Positions 1 to 12,500 of a DNA stretch of 64,000 nt are shown piece after piece. The stretch covers positions 434,001 to 498,000 of the forward strand of contig JBITNC010000002.1 in assembly GCA_050084985.1 (NCBI GenBank). The letters are read 5' to 3'. The notes under the pieces were generated by a model that saw nothing but the letters and a program-made list of their open reading frames with translations, was not told the origin of the DNA and made no database searches. Source of the stretch: Nageia nagi (Eukaryota > Plantae > Pinophyta). A program made the position numbers and the translations under genes. How positions within the stretch are numbered: the stretch's first letter is position 1; every line of letters starts with the position of its first letter.

Positions 1-643
1 GTATCCCGGATGGTGGTGGTTGAAACATTTGTGACCGTTGCACCTACTCTCTTGTCGTGGATATACAATCTTGCATGAATTTGTGACTATGAGTTGGGTG
101 CCCTTCCCATGGTTTCAGTTTGATCAACTAGAAGCCCAGGTTGTTCCCATGTTCCACTTTTCCTTTTCTTTCAATATTTTTTCATCTCTTTCCTGCATCG
201 CTTAATCTTCCTAAATGGCTCTCCATGCCTAATGGATAAGGCACCATCCTGACAAACCGGTGTGTGAAACCTTGGTCTTGAACGTGTCTATCTGCAGGAT
301 AGCGTTCTTGGAGGATTTATCTCTCTATCTATGGGACGATAATCTTTGGAACCATGGTTTCTTATTCGCTCAAGCTAAGGGATTTGCTCTCCTGTCTATG
401 ATATAGTGTTCCTACATGACCTATTGCCCTGTTTGTGGGAAGGAAGTTCTACAAGCAAATAGGCGACACTAGCAAGCACTGTCCTGTTTAAAAACCAAAG
501 GTTGGTATGGGTAAAACCAATCCATCCAAGTACTCGTTGGTTTGCTTAGTCTCCGATTAGCACATCTTGCACTATGTGGATCAAGAATTATGTTATGATT
601 ATTTTCTCTTGTCTATCTTGTGGAGTGAGTGGTTGGATCAACA
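1..643. mobile_element. Ty3/gypsy-like LTR/leader remnant, cut by the window edge
   Basis: GTGTGTGAAACCTTGGTCT(T)GAA at about 260-282 also occurs in the gypsy LTR at about 57024-57045; LTR-like end GGATCAACA at 635-643. Confidence 0.35.
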
Positions 644-660
644 CATTATCCCCTTCCTTT

Positions 661-742
661 GTGGACGAAAACCTGCAGGAGAAAGAGCCATAGGACGAAA
701 AAACCTTGGGGTTCTCGAGAGCTAGAGGACGAAAACCCTTTA
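661..742 (+). repeat. Three copies of a GGACGAAAA(A)CC motif
   Basis: Seen directly; the same triplet occurs inverted in the LTR at about 16736-16810. Confidence 0.7.
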
Positions 743-1276
743 GTTCTCCATAGGTGGATCCATGTAGGGTTCACATTGTGCATATTGGTTGAAGGTTTTT
801 GAAGAGTATTGATCAGATTTTGAAGATTGAGATCAGATCTGAATTGGAGATCAGATTTGTAGAGTTTAGAGTACAGATATGAAATTGGTGATTCACCTAG
901 GCATCCAATATTGTCATAAAAATTTTGGACGCCCATCATCAAGGAATAGATCAGGGTTTGAGGAGCATCTTATTGGCACCCATCATCAGGTTTACTTTTC
1001 AAATTCTAGACATCCAACCATTGGATGTGATCTGCATTGTTTTTAGAGGGATTGAGGAGCATATTTCAGGGGTTGATCTCAAGATTGAGTCTCTATACCC
1101 AGACGTCCAACATTTGGGAGCTCTTCATCAGAATTTTGCTTTCATAACTGGGACGTCAAGCCTTACAGGCTGATCCATAGTGTACTTGAGGGTTTGCATG
1201 ATTATTTCAGGTGCACCATTCTTATTTTAAAGTGATCTGCAGTATTTGTTGATTGTACTGGTGTTTTTCAGTAACT

Positions 1277-1530
1277 AAGTTAGGGTTTCAGCATTTATTG
1301 TGATCTGCATTTCCAAAGTTCAGATTTATTGGGATCTACATAATTAGGGTTTTGTTATATTATGATCTGAATATTTAGAGTTTGTTGAATTGTGATCTTT
1401 ACCCTGAGGTTTGAGTTGAATGTGATCTGTAGATCTAGAGCATATCTAAGGTTTGAATACTTTGTGATCTACATATATAAGGTTTTGGGGGTTTGTTAAT
1501 TTAAGTGTGAACCATATACTTAGGGTTTCT
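1277..1530 (+). repeat. Degenerate ~30-bp tandem repeat (TAGGGTTT...TGTGATCT), retroelement leader-like
   Basis: About 7 copies of the (T)AGGGTTT and TGTGATCT(G/A) motifs. Confidence 0.6.
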
Positions 1531-2299
1531 AAATCATTTCTAGCTAGGTATATTACAATTAAGACATTTGAATTACATGCAACTAGATTGAGGGATTGGG
1601 TCATTCTTCAAAGAGAACACATATCACCTGACAGACTTTGATAAAACACAATAAGCTCCAATTTCAATACATACCAAGCCAACTATGTTGAGGTTTTGGA
1701 GTGTTATATTGCAGTTTGCTGCTACCAAGTAATAAGCAGACATTTATGATACTTGAACAAGTATCCAAAGTATCAGTAACAATGTAGGGTTTTATTAACA
1801 TATTTTGCAGCAATTAATAATAATGCACATTTGTGTTCAAGTCATGGCCTATGCAGTCACTCTCACAAGAGGGCAAACACGGTCTGCTCCAAGCGTCTAG
1901 ACAAAATCCACTGCATGTTTATAAAAACCTGAATATTGCTCCTAATTTCATGTTTTTAAGCATAGCATACAAATTCTCAGAATAAATGCATATTTACCAT
2001 TTATTTGCCTTTTTTCCCCTCCCATTATTCCCATTTAAACGATGTATTTCTCTTTCTGTTTTTCCCCTTTTTCCTATTTTCAACCAAACCCGAATTTGTA
2101 TACACTCTAAATTTTAAGCATTTCCTTGTCTAAGCAGCTGAGTTCTATAATTGATTTGGAAAGCCATAACGTGTATGAGCACAAGAATTGTCATGGTCAA
2201 AGAATGGAAGTAAAAGAAAAAGTAGATTTTTGGATTAGAAATGCTCACTTCTGTCCCATTTAATTTTGATTTTTGGCTAAAATTGCTCACTCATACTGT

Positions 2300-4620
2300 C
2301 CCATTTAATCTTCTTCATGTGGAACATCAGCAAAAGAGTTATGGATGTGATGCTCACAATGAAGAAAAAAGACTTTCCAAACAAATCTAGAAATGGAATA
2401 TATACCTAAAGTAAGAAAAACCAAACTTTTGGTAAACTATCTGCGTATTCAGTATTTGGTCCTCCCAACCAGAAAGAACACGGATCTAGCACAAAATCAA
2501 AACCATCACCATCAACAACTTTATGGAATTCCTGATTATGAAGGAGCAACTTTATGTCCAGCTTTGGGCAGAAAGGGAAACAGGTAGGAGAAATGAAAAT
2601 TATTTGATACATGACGTAGGAGAAAAAGCTCCTAAACGATAGGATTAAGAAACAGGCTGGACATATCACAAAGATGTATAGGATCCATAAATAGATATTT
2701 GGACTGCAATTTTTCCTTTAATGCAATATATTCTCACAAGGTAAGCCTATTGTATGCATGTGACTTATAGACATAAAAGAAGCAGTGGAAATGGTTGGAA
2801 AAACAAAGAACTTGAAAGACCAAGAAAATAGATGGAGATCTGACATTCTCCCAGTCAACAATTGCCTATAAGTAAATATAAACTGGAAATGATACGAGGA
2901 ACCGACCCACAAAAAGTTTCATGTCAAGGATGTTGGACATAATGCCAATACTCATTGTCTCCCTTTAATTATTAGTTTATTGCAAATATTGATACAAATT
3001 TGCCTTACGCAGGAGTTGGCTAGAGTTCTGTCTTTTTATTGTTTACTTTACACTGATGAGGAAGGAGAAGAGGAAGAGGGAGATAGTGAGGCTAAAAGCT
3101 AAAAATCAGGAAGCTCCAGCAGTTCATCATCGAGTGTCAGCCAGAGCCAAAGCCAAGATCAAAGCGAGGAGGAGGAACAATATATAACTATCGAAGACTC
3201 TGATGAAGAAGGGAAAATACCTTCCAGTTCATCCAGTCATGCTGAGGAGACTACAGTGCTAATGCAAACCTTGGGAAGAGATTCCATATCCAATCATGGG
3301 TCAAAATCATCACAAAAAAACCCAAATCAAAAGAGCCAAAATGGAGCAAGAAAACCCAACATTTCTAATAGCGTGAAGAATATTGGCCAAGGGGGAGGAG
3401 AAGGATTTGATGATGGTGATGATAGTGATAGAGAGAATTTTGAAAGAAGAAAGAAAAGGAAACGAGATGAACACGACCAAGCATCCCAAGAAGAAGCTCG
3501 TTCCAGTAAACCCAACACCACCACCATAGCAAGTGAATGATGGAACATGGCTGAGAGTCGATTTGAATGTGTATTCTCAAAACTTGCAAGACATGAGTGG
3601 AAGTGGAGATGATGCAAATGAAGATGAGGATGAGGACGACAACAATGCAACACAAGTAAAGCCACCTAGATTACTCTAGAGCTTTCCCAGAATTGATGTT
3701 GACGGGCAAATTTTTGTCAGCAAGGTATATAGCAACCAGAGGAAACCAAAAGATGCAGTTTCCTTAAGAGTCCACAGAGCTAAGTTTGACATTGGAAAAA
3801 TTAATGATTATGGTACTACTTACATGGGTAAGTCTGCAATGGATTATATGCAAAAAATGGTAAAGAAACACAAGCAAAAGGCTAAAGAGTTGGAAGAGAA
3901 ACAGGCAAAGGGTAAAAGTTGGGAAGCTCTCACCAAAGATGAGAATATTTTGAAGTCAAATTATTACAGAGAGTGTTTCCTCAAAAAGGCGAAACGGCCC
4001 AAACTCTTGTAGCCCAGTTGCTTGATACATTTGATACTGATATGAGATGTTTGCTTGGTTTCTTTTTATCAGGAAAGAGTTAAAGGACATGGATAAAAAG
4101 ATATCGACCACCAAAGAAGTCTGGGAGGCAAATGTCAAATTTGATCAAGACACCAAAAAGCAATTGGCTACAACCTCCATGCGGCAGATAAATGTTTGTG
4201 ACAAGTTCTTTTTCTTCTAAGGATGGTTTCCAACAGCAGAAACAAAGTGTAGCTCCATCATCTCTAAATTTGGAGATATATATGAGAGGTTGAAGGTTAT
4301 ATTGCAAAAAACAAACATACAATTCTTTGATGGCGGAATACAATTGGAAAAGAATCGGTTGAAGAATAATGTAAAGAATATGGTGGAGGTTGAGTTGTTG
4401 ACTAATGATCTGAAAACCATACAAGATCAAAGCCTGTTGTGAGCATATAATGCTTTCATCATTTTAGAGTTCAGGTTGCGAGATTTGATGGATGAAATTC
4501 AAAAGTTGGATGAAGAAACTTCAATGGACACCAACAGTTTGAAATTGCAAATGAACAAGTTAATGAAGTTTGTAGGAAGGATTTACAGAAGAAACTAGAG
4601 GACTATTTGAAGGTTTGTTG
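2300..4620 (+). pseudogene. Decayed retrotransposon accessory ORF (acidic/Ser-rich linker, coiled-coil tail)
   Basis: Consecutive + strand ORF fragments (3256-3540, 3824-4012) with E/D/S-rich then K/E-rich composition, many stops and frameshifts; same architecture as 17600-20500. Confidence 0.45.
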
Positions 4621-6153
4621 ACCCACGCATCTCACCCCTTGGCTAGGGTTTACAGAATCAATTTGAAGGTGAAGAAGGATGTCTCGTGTCTGAAAGTCAC
4701 CCCTTGGATAGGATAAAAATGTAAATGTAACGGAAAAATGTATTTAGTTCCAAATACATGTGGCACTCGAGAAAAAAAAAAGAATTTTTATTGTGGAAAA
4801 ATAAAAAATTCATGTAATCGTAGTTAGTTAACTGTTAGAGTAGTAAGTTGTCTTTAGGTTTAAGGAAGTTGAAAAGTCACCAAAAGTTGAGGAGACATTT
4901 TGTAACTGAAATAGAGTAGATAAAGAGTCAAGCCTTTTCATCTCCATTGAGTCTTTATAAAAGGAAGGTGAAGACATTTTTGTATCTCTCTTACTATTGC
5001 AAGAAATTGTTGTATTTTTGAAGACTGAGATTAATAAGAAGACTCGATTGCTCTTATGTTGTCATTATGTTAATGTTACTATTATGTGTATGTTTTGTTT
5101 ACCAATTTATCAATAAACTAATATTGCATATGATTGTGATATCCTTTTATAAATTTTGCAAGTGTTGCAGCAAGATTTGTAAATGATGGTGAAGATCAAT
5201 ACCAGTGAATCAATATTGATTTTGATTGTTAGATTGATATAAGAACTTTCACTCAACTGGGAACATTTTAATTGTTTTAACTTAAGTGCTTAAGTATTAC
5301 AACTAAGTTATTTTAAGCATATCTTTTTATCAGTTAATTAATAAAAAGAAACTACTTTTCAGTTGAGATTTTTTGCAAAAAATTGTTAGTTTTGAGTCAG
5401 TTGAAGAAGAAGATTGAAGCCTATTGAGGACCACCTCATAAAAAAGGAGGATTGCATAATCCCTTCTTGTCTCATTTTTCTTCTGCAAGAAAAAGTTGTT
5501 AACAAGTTTCACTTCTTTGCCTCCAACAATCGTCATAACATTCTTCAAAGCGATAATATTGAGAACTTTGAATTTCTAAATAACATATTTTTTGCCATTT
5601 AATTTATGATAACCTAGTAAAATATAACCAAAAATATTCACATTAGACCTAATGGAATCAAGGACTAGAGATTTTAGAAGACAAAACTTAAACTAAGAAA
5701 ACTACATTTGCTTTACCCTAATAAAACGTTCTAGACTAGCATTGGCAAAGGTAGTTAGGGGCTCCAAACAAAGTCCAGTAAACATCCATAGAGGTCAGAA
5801 CACACAGAGAGGAATACATTGCATCTAGTAGTCTAGTACACAACAACACAATACATGATACACAACCAGAAGTCACATAATGCATTTAGCCAAGTAAATG
5901 CATTTAAAACATGTCAATGCATGATATTTATCACATGGAGTAAAATACATGTCATGCCCTATTCAAACATGTCCACGATTTTCAACAAGAGAACATGAAC
6001 ACATCGAACAATACGAACACATCTAGAAGGAAAGAAAACACGTGTCCAAAATCTTTAGAAGGAGATGTGTTCACTAAGGGAAATATGTCTTCAATTTGAG
6101 CAAGTAAACACATAGCCTAAGGTCCACAACCTAAGCAAGGAAACGTGCTCACT

Positions 6154-8262
6154 AGAAAGAAAGAAAGAAAGTATATTAATGTCCTCGGGTGACCAAAAGC
6201 GGTCAATGGGACTAGAAAGTACAATCATGTAAATGAAGCCAGCAAGCCTCTAGTGGCGCATCTAAAGAAAACATAAAAGAATAAACAACTACAACTATAA
6301 AAGAGAATCCTGACCCTAAAAGGAAGAAAGGAGGGATACAAAAACTAAGGCTCCCCAACGAATATCACTCTGGACCTCACTGGGGGAGCGTATGGCAGTA
6401 CTCTCTACTCTAGGGAGAGCTCAAGTGTGATCACCATGGGATGTGTTTGTGATACTGCTACTAGAGGAGAAGAAGGATGTGATCCAATGAATCAACGAAG
6501 GATCCTAGGCGCTTTGTGTATGTCCCATAGTCCAGCGTGGTGGATGCAGGTGCTCCTCCCAGTGTCTCCTGCGAGCTCACTCAGGAGAAGAGGCGCGGAA
6601 AAAGGACGTGATGAGTTGATCCCCAAGTGGCTGTTGAGCCCGAGCTAGAAGTCGTCTCCGTAAGAGGAGGGCCTCTCGAAAGTACTGAGCCAAACATCGT
6701 TGATCAAAATAACGAATGAATGTGCTCAGAGAGCTGTGTGAGTCTTGAAAAAGGCAATAATAGCATCCTCGAATCTCATAGTAAACCGAAAATTGAAAAA
6801 CAAAATGGGTCTCAGACTCAACCTCAAGGGAGCAAAAGCGACAAACTCGAAGGTCTCTGTCTATGTGGTGGTTTGTCTCAATCCTCAACTGGTGTGAACA
6901 TACTCAATACTGACCAAAGGCTAATCTCAAGCCGAGAGGAAGATGCAAGCTGATGTATCCAAGTGGTTGGATCAACCCCTTATCTAACTGGAGGTAATGA
7001 TGAGCATAATGGTCTAGTTTGGACATCAACGGCTGCAGGGGTGACACCCAAGTAAGCTAAATATAAGATCTTTAGATAGTCTCATGGATCGCTATGAGGG
7101 AGGCTGTTGTTGTCTGTGGTGAACCTGCAGGAGGTGAAGGCAGGCTATCTAATGAAAAACCAAATCTTGAAAGCATCTTGGAGACCTCAGCGAACTGGCA
7201 TCGAAGGTAACCTTGGGTGGATAAGTCGATCGAGGAAGCCAAGGCTCTAACTAGGAGTCTATCAGAACCACTCCCAAGAGAAGATAAACTCTGAATATGA
7301 CAACGAAAGAGGACTATGTAAGCGAAGGCCAAGACCAGAACAGGCTAGCATCCAAAATCCGCAAGGACAATAGGGTGTGGGACTGTCCTCTTACTCCTGA
7401 TGAAGCGTGACAGGAAGATGATCAAGATCCTCTCTATTGACATCCAGTCAACTACCAACAAGTTGGGTCCCCAAACCTCTACTCCATACAAGGCTGTAGG
7501 TATGACCAAGGTCTAAAATAACTCTAACTTGGACGGAACGTCCTGAAAGTGTAACTGGAAGCACTGCCTCTCCAAAGTGGACAAGGCCGCATACCCTCGA
7601 CGAACTCTGGGTGGCATTGTTGACCTCATGGAGGATCTAGGACCTGAAAAGAGCACTCCCAAGTATGTATAAGAGGAGGTAGTCTCTATACTACTATCGC
7701 GAAAGCTGAGCTATATTCGGTCCACCGTGGCCTTCGAAACATTAAAGGCCACAACCTTAGTCTTGCTAAGGTTCACTGCCAACTCCTACCTAGCACTGAA
7801 CCTATTGAGAGCATCAAGCAAAGCCTGCAAACCCTCAACCGAGTGAGACAGCAATACAATGTCATTAGCAAAAAGAAGTAAGGAAACTCTACTGCCATGA
7901 AGAAGGCATCCACACTCGGATCCTATGGTCTCAAGGATAAAGGACTCCAGCTCATCTATATATAACACAAACAAATTCAGAGATAGAGGGAAACCCTGTT
8001 TCACCCCTATGGTGCTAAGAACATTGTCGAAGAGTCCATCTAAGGTGCGCACTCGGCCTGAAAGTGTCTCATATAAAGTCAAGCCCGCCACTAAACCCTC
8101 CTCTGGTACTCCTAAACTCCTCAGCCGTTCCATGAGTCTGTGTCGAGAAACAGTGTCAAAGGCTTTCCTGATGTCTACAAAACATCAGAATACTGGAGAC
8201 TTCCGGAATCTAGCCTCCTCAATAATAGCCTTGAGTGCGAAAATACGATCAAAGGTACAGAA
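6154..8262 (-). mobile_element. 5'-truncated non-LTR retrotransposon (RTEX-like LINE): RT, C-terminal Zn-finger, (CTTT)n tail
   Basis: Minus-strand CFVDIRKAFDTVSR, STIGVKQGFPLS, LYIDELE, LLLFAND; C-terminal RIET...RVCRFC...VESETHFVF; GAAA repeat at about 6154-6171 marks the 3' tail. Clade assignment is inference. Confidence 0.85.
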
Positions 8263-8589
8263 GCACATGATGCATCTAACCAAAACCATTCACACATTGA
8301 GCAAAGGTAAAACACGGCCAACAACAACCAACAAACACGAAAACGCATCCACAACTTGTGCCTTTAATAAACAAGAACACCCAAGAAACACATCCACAGG
8401 TCAACAAACACATCCAACTGAATGTTTCACAATTTTAAGAAACACATCCACAATCACTTGTTGCTCTAATACTATGCCGAAAATCAAAAATGTAGAGCAA
8501 AAGGTGCAATAAACAAAGTAAAAGATCAAAATAATCAATAATAATATGCTTAACAAGCAAACACAAATATATAGATGAAACAGAGCATT

Positions 8590-9232
8590 GTTTCACCAAC
8601 AATCTAGGATGTAGTTGAAAGTAATAATTGTAACTACTTCACCTAATATCAAAGGAAGGTGATGTACATGTTTAAACTACCTCACCTTATTTTATAATTA
8701 AACATTATCTTAGCACCCCTTGATCACAAAGGAGGTCATGATCCTCCCATGCTATCTCGAGAATTGTTTCATCTTCATGACCTTGGTGAAGATATCAACA
8801 AGTTGATCAAAGGTAGAGTAAAACTCCAAATCCACATCCTGATGATGAATCAAGTCCCTCATGAAGTAGACCCAAAGGTCTATGTGCTTTTGCTTAGACA
8901 TTTCATGATGAATTGGATTCCATGCAATCTAAATTGCAATTTGATTGCCAATGAAGATGCATTGACATCGAATTGATCCTCTCCCAAGTCAAATAGCATA
9001 TTTTTCAACCAAAGCTTGTGCCATAGCTCTCGTAGTTGCAAAATACTCTACTTCTACACATGATAGAGACAAAATAGATTGTGTTTTCAAAATTCGCATG
9101 ATAAGCCATAAGCTGAAACAGAAACAATTGTTGCCATAGACTTCCAACCATACAAACTACCATCCCAATCAAAATCAATCCATCCAATCAGCCTAAATAC
9201 AATGGCATGTGAGTATTTGATCGCCATCTCCA
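8590..9232 (-). mobile_element. Ty1/copia RNase H remnant with PPT and short 3' LTR
   Basis: Minus-strand fragments DFDWDGS, EVEY and DQLVDIFTK, followed by AAGGGG-TG at about 8720. Confidence 0.75.
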
Positions 9233-9321
9233 AAGTGTTAAGAGTAATAATACATTAGGGGTTAATTATAGATTACATTAGTGGTTAATTACAAGATAGT
9301 GATTAATTATAGATATATGTT

Positions 9322-9737
9322 TTTTTTTATTATTATTATTATTATTGAATTGGAGGATCGATTTTTGAATGGAATCCTAATTGTTTTTACATTCAAATCG
9401 CTCACACATGTGTGACAAGTACTATAGAGGGTGATTTGAACATGAAACCTTCCAGTGGTGAGACATGCACTTAACCAATGCGGTGTCCTCTTGGGGACTT
9501 ACAACATTAGGGTAAAGTTCCAAGGATTCTATATCCATGTGCATGTAATGGGGAGTTCTATAACCTACTAGGTAGGAAACCCTGGTCAATCTCTACCAAC
9601 AACTCGGGTTTTACCACTTCCTTTATTACCACTCCACATGGGTATAGTTTCCTCTCTTTGGCTTGTGGGATTAGAACCCATGACCTCCCAAAGGGAGACC
9701 AAGAGACCTTACCACTACACCAATGCCTCACAGCTTG
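9322..9737 (-). mobile_element. tRNA-derived SINE, apparently dimeric, inserted in the copia LTR
   Basis: 19-bp TSD TTAATTATAGATATATGTT (9303-9321 and 9738-9756); minus-strand A box TGGTGTAGTGG and B box GGTTCTAATCC; (AAT)n(A)n tail. Confidence 0.85.
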
Positions 9738-11347
9738 TTAATTATAGATATATGTTATTTTTAGGAACCATTTTCTATTTTTAGGTTCTCTCTTGTATTT
9801 ATACTTGATTAAGGAATGTAATAAAGCAAGTCTCTTATCCTAATCTTTCATAGTATCAGAGCACTCTCATAGGATTTCCATCTCTAGCTACCAATAAGCT
9901 TGTAGAGGATTTTTATCCCTACAAAGATCTAGTGAGACCTGTTGACGAATGTTGTTTTGCTTCAAAGAAATGTAAGGAAAGGAGGCTACCATTCAGATTT
10001 GCTTATCCACAAGATCATTGTTCTGTGTTGATCCAATTATCATTGCAATCCATCAAACATATAGCAAAGTATGTGGTCATTTAGACCTGCCAGAATCCTG
10101 TAGAGGCATGGGTAGACCTGTTGTTGAAGGTTGATCAACGCATTTGAGACCAACACATTCTTTGGTCAAGGATTTTTCGAACCAGCATGTACACCATTCA
10201 TAGAGGAGAACATGGATTAGCAAACAACACGACTTGATCTGAATCAATATTAATCTGCATGTGTGGAAAATGTAGTAAAGAGATGTGCAATTTGTAAATT
10301 TTTACAAGTGTGCTGCGAAAGTAAGTGAAAATTTTGGTTGCCTTTGTTCATTGAAATTTGCTCGTATCTATCTCGAATCGGGCTCCATTTTGCAACTTTG
10401 GGCTTGCATCCCAAAAAATCATGTATAGGATCTGCATGAAGTGGACGATTTCTTCATTTTTTTTAGTAAACAATGGCACAAATTGCTCCAAAAAACCTCC
10501 TTTTTGACTCTCAAGTCTTGAAAGAAAACATTATGCAACGTGGAAGACAAAAATTCAAGCCAAGCTTGAATTTGAAGGCTTGTGGGACATTATTGATGGG
10601 ATTGACAAACACCCAAAAACTATTGGAGATCCACAAAAAGAGTTTTATCAACGCAATAAAAATGTGTGTATGATCCTCCTTGGAATCTTGAATGATGTCC
10701 AACCCCATGTTCGTGATTCCAAGGATGTTGTTGAAGCCTAGAAGAAATTGTAGCAAGTCTTTGCATATAAGAATCAAAATCAGATTCTTCATCTTCAAGG
10801 ATAGTTACACAATTTAAAGCTGAAAGGTGTGGAGAAGTTGGAATCCTTTCTTCGCCGAGTGGTGGAACTCGTTGCCTCCCTACAAGCATTAGAAGAGATA
10901 GTGGAAGATAAGCTTCTTGTACCCATTGTCTTAAGAGCACTCTTGGATCCATATCGCATCTTTGTGACATCCTTAAATGTCACCAAATATAAGCTACACT
11001 TTGAAGAGTTGGTGAATATTCTGAAATAAGAATAGGCCTTCCATGAGAATTTGAATGAAGAAGAGCATGCAATGATGTCCACTTAGAAAGGCAAGAAGCA
11101 ACAAAAGAGAAAAAGCAAGTCACAAGACACCAACACAATGAAAAAGAGTTGCTTGATTTGCGGAAAGGAGCATGAATATGAAACATAAATGACCACCTCC
11201 CAAGAACAAAAGAGAATGGAGAAACTGAAAACCATAAGGACAACAAGGGAATATTGCTAACACTAAAGACTAAGATGAGACAAAAGATTTTGCTCTTGCC
11301 CATCAGGAGCAACCATCCATAACCACCACTTGGTATGTGGTTTCTGG

Positions 11348-12500
11348 CACCAAGTTTGGCCGAACCTGAACATCTAGAAAAAATAGAACTGCATCAGCCC
11401 AGTTCGGCCATGATCTTTTGCAAGTTTTGTAGGAAAAGTTGCACAGAAAATTTACAAGGAAAACACGAGCCGAATGTCCCCTAAATCGCGACTTGCAGGA
11501 GGAGGAAGCGAAGTTTGAAATCGTGTAGAAATCTTGGAGCGGCCGCCACAATAAATCACGTTCTCACTTTCACCATTTTGTAGTGAGTGCACGAATGAAA
11601 TGAATCTTGTTTGGCTGAACCTCCATGTTCATCCCAAGTGAGCGAATTCATCGTTACATCCCTCTCGAATCTCAACATAAAAATTATGCATAGTTTCAAG
11701 TCGGGTTTTTTGACATATGCATTCACTGTAACTCCAAGTCCCTAGTAATTTATTAGAATTAAGCACAAATATCAGGTGGGTTTTACACCTAAATCCGGTG
11801 ATTTTCCATATCAATGGCAAGACAAAGCTTTTGGTGATGCATGATCATGCAGAAAGAGGTGCAAGTGGATGAATTAGAGTCTCTGCGAGTCTGCAATCAT
11901 ATCCACCTCAATCAAAAATGGTGGAATAAGCGGAGAAGATTTGGATTGTGACATCTCTGAGGCGAGGTTTCTAGCGGCAATTCACGAAATCATAAACATT
12001 AAACAAAGTCTCTGCCTTTGCCTTTGATTAATAGTAGAGGAAATAATTTAATAGAATATAACCTTAGAATAAATTATAACATTAGAATATGTTATAATAA
12101 TTTAACGAAGTCTATAATGTTACGAAATTATCAATTATGGAAGATTCAATTTATTTAAAATAAATATTTGTATATTAATTTTAACTTTTTAGATTTCAAT
12201 TTATATTTGTATATATAAAATTAACTAGATATCTAAACAGAATCAAACTTTTTTTAAATCTCGAACTCTTTCATCTTCTATTCAAACCTGACTTGTCAAA
12301 CCTTGTAACTATGGTTTATTGTTTATTTATAGTTTATTTAACATTTTCATTATGTTTAAATTATGAATCTCTCATGCCTTGAATCATATATTTAGTTGTT
12401 TATATTTTTTGTATATTTCTGAACCGAATCAAACCTTTTTCAAAATTTCGAACTTTTTTAGTCTTTCGTTTGAACCAACTAACCAAGCCTTGTAAATATG
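11348..12500. mobile_element. Non-autonomous hAT-type element inserted in the copia protease motif
   Basis: CA..TG ends; 8-bp TSD GTTTCTGG/GTTTTTGG; removing it restores in-frame WYVVSGATKHM; duplicated subterminal block (about 12237-12313 and 12421-12500). Confidence 0.8.

Noticed and set aside
661-742. Hammerhead GGACGAAAC half-core
   Set aside because: There is an extra A and no upstream CTGANGA partner.
3327-3665. His-rich minus-strand ORF as the missing AXR4 last exon
   Set aside because: No similarity to the expected FV..LPKS..EEP.PE motif; it is the antisense of a D/E-rich TE ORF.
9660-9735. Functional tRNA gene
   Set aside because: No intact acceptor stem or cloverleaf; it is embedded in a TSD-flanked, tailed SINE.
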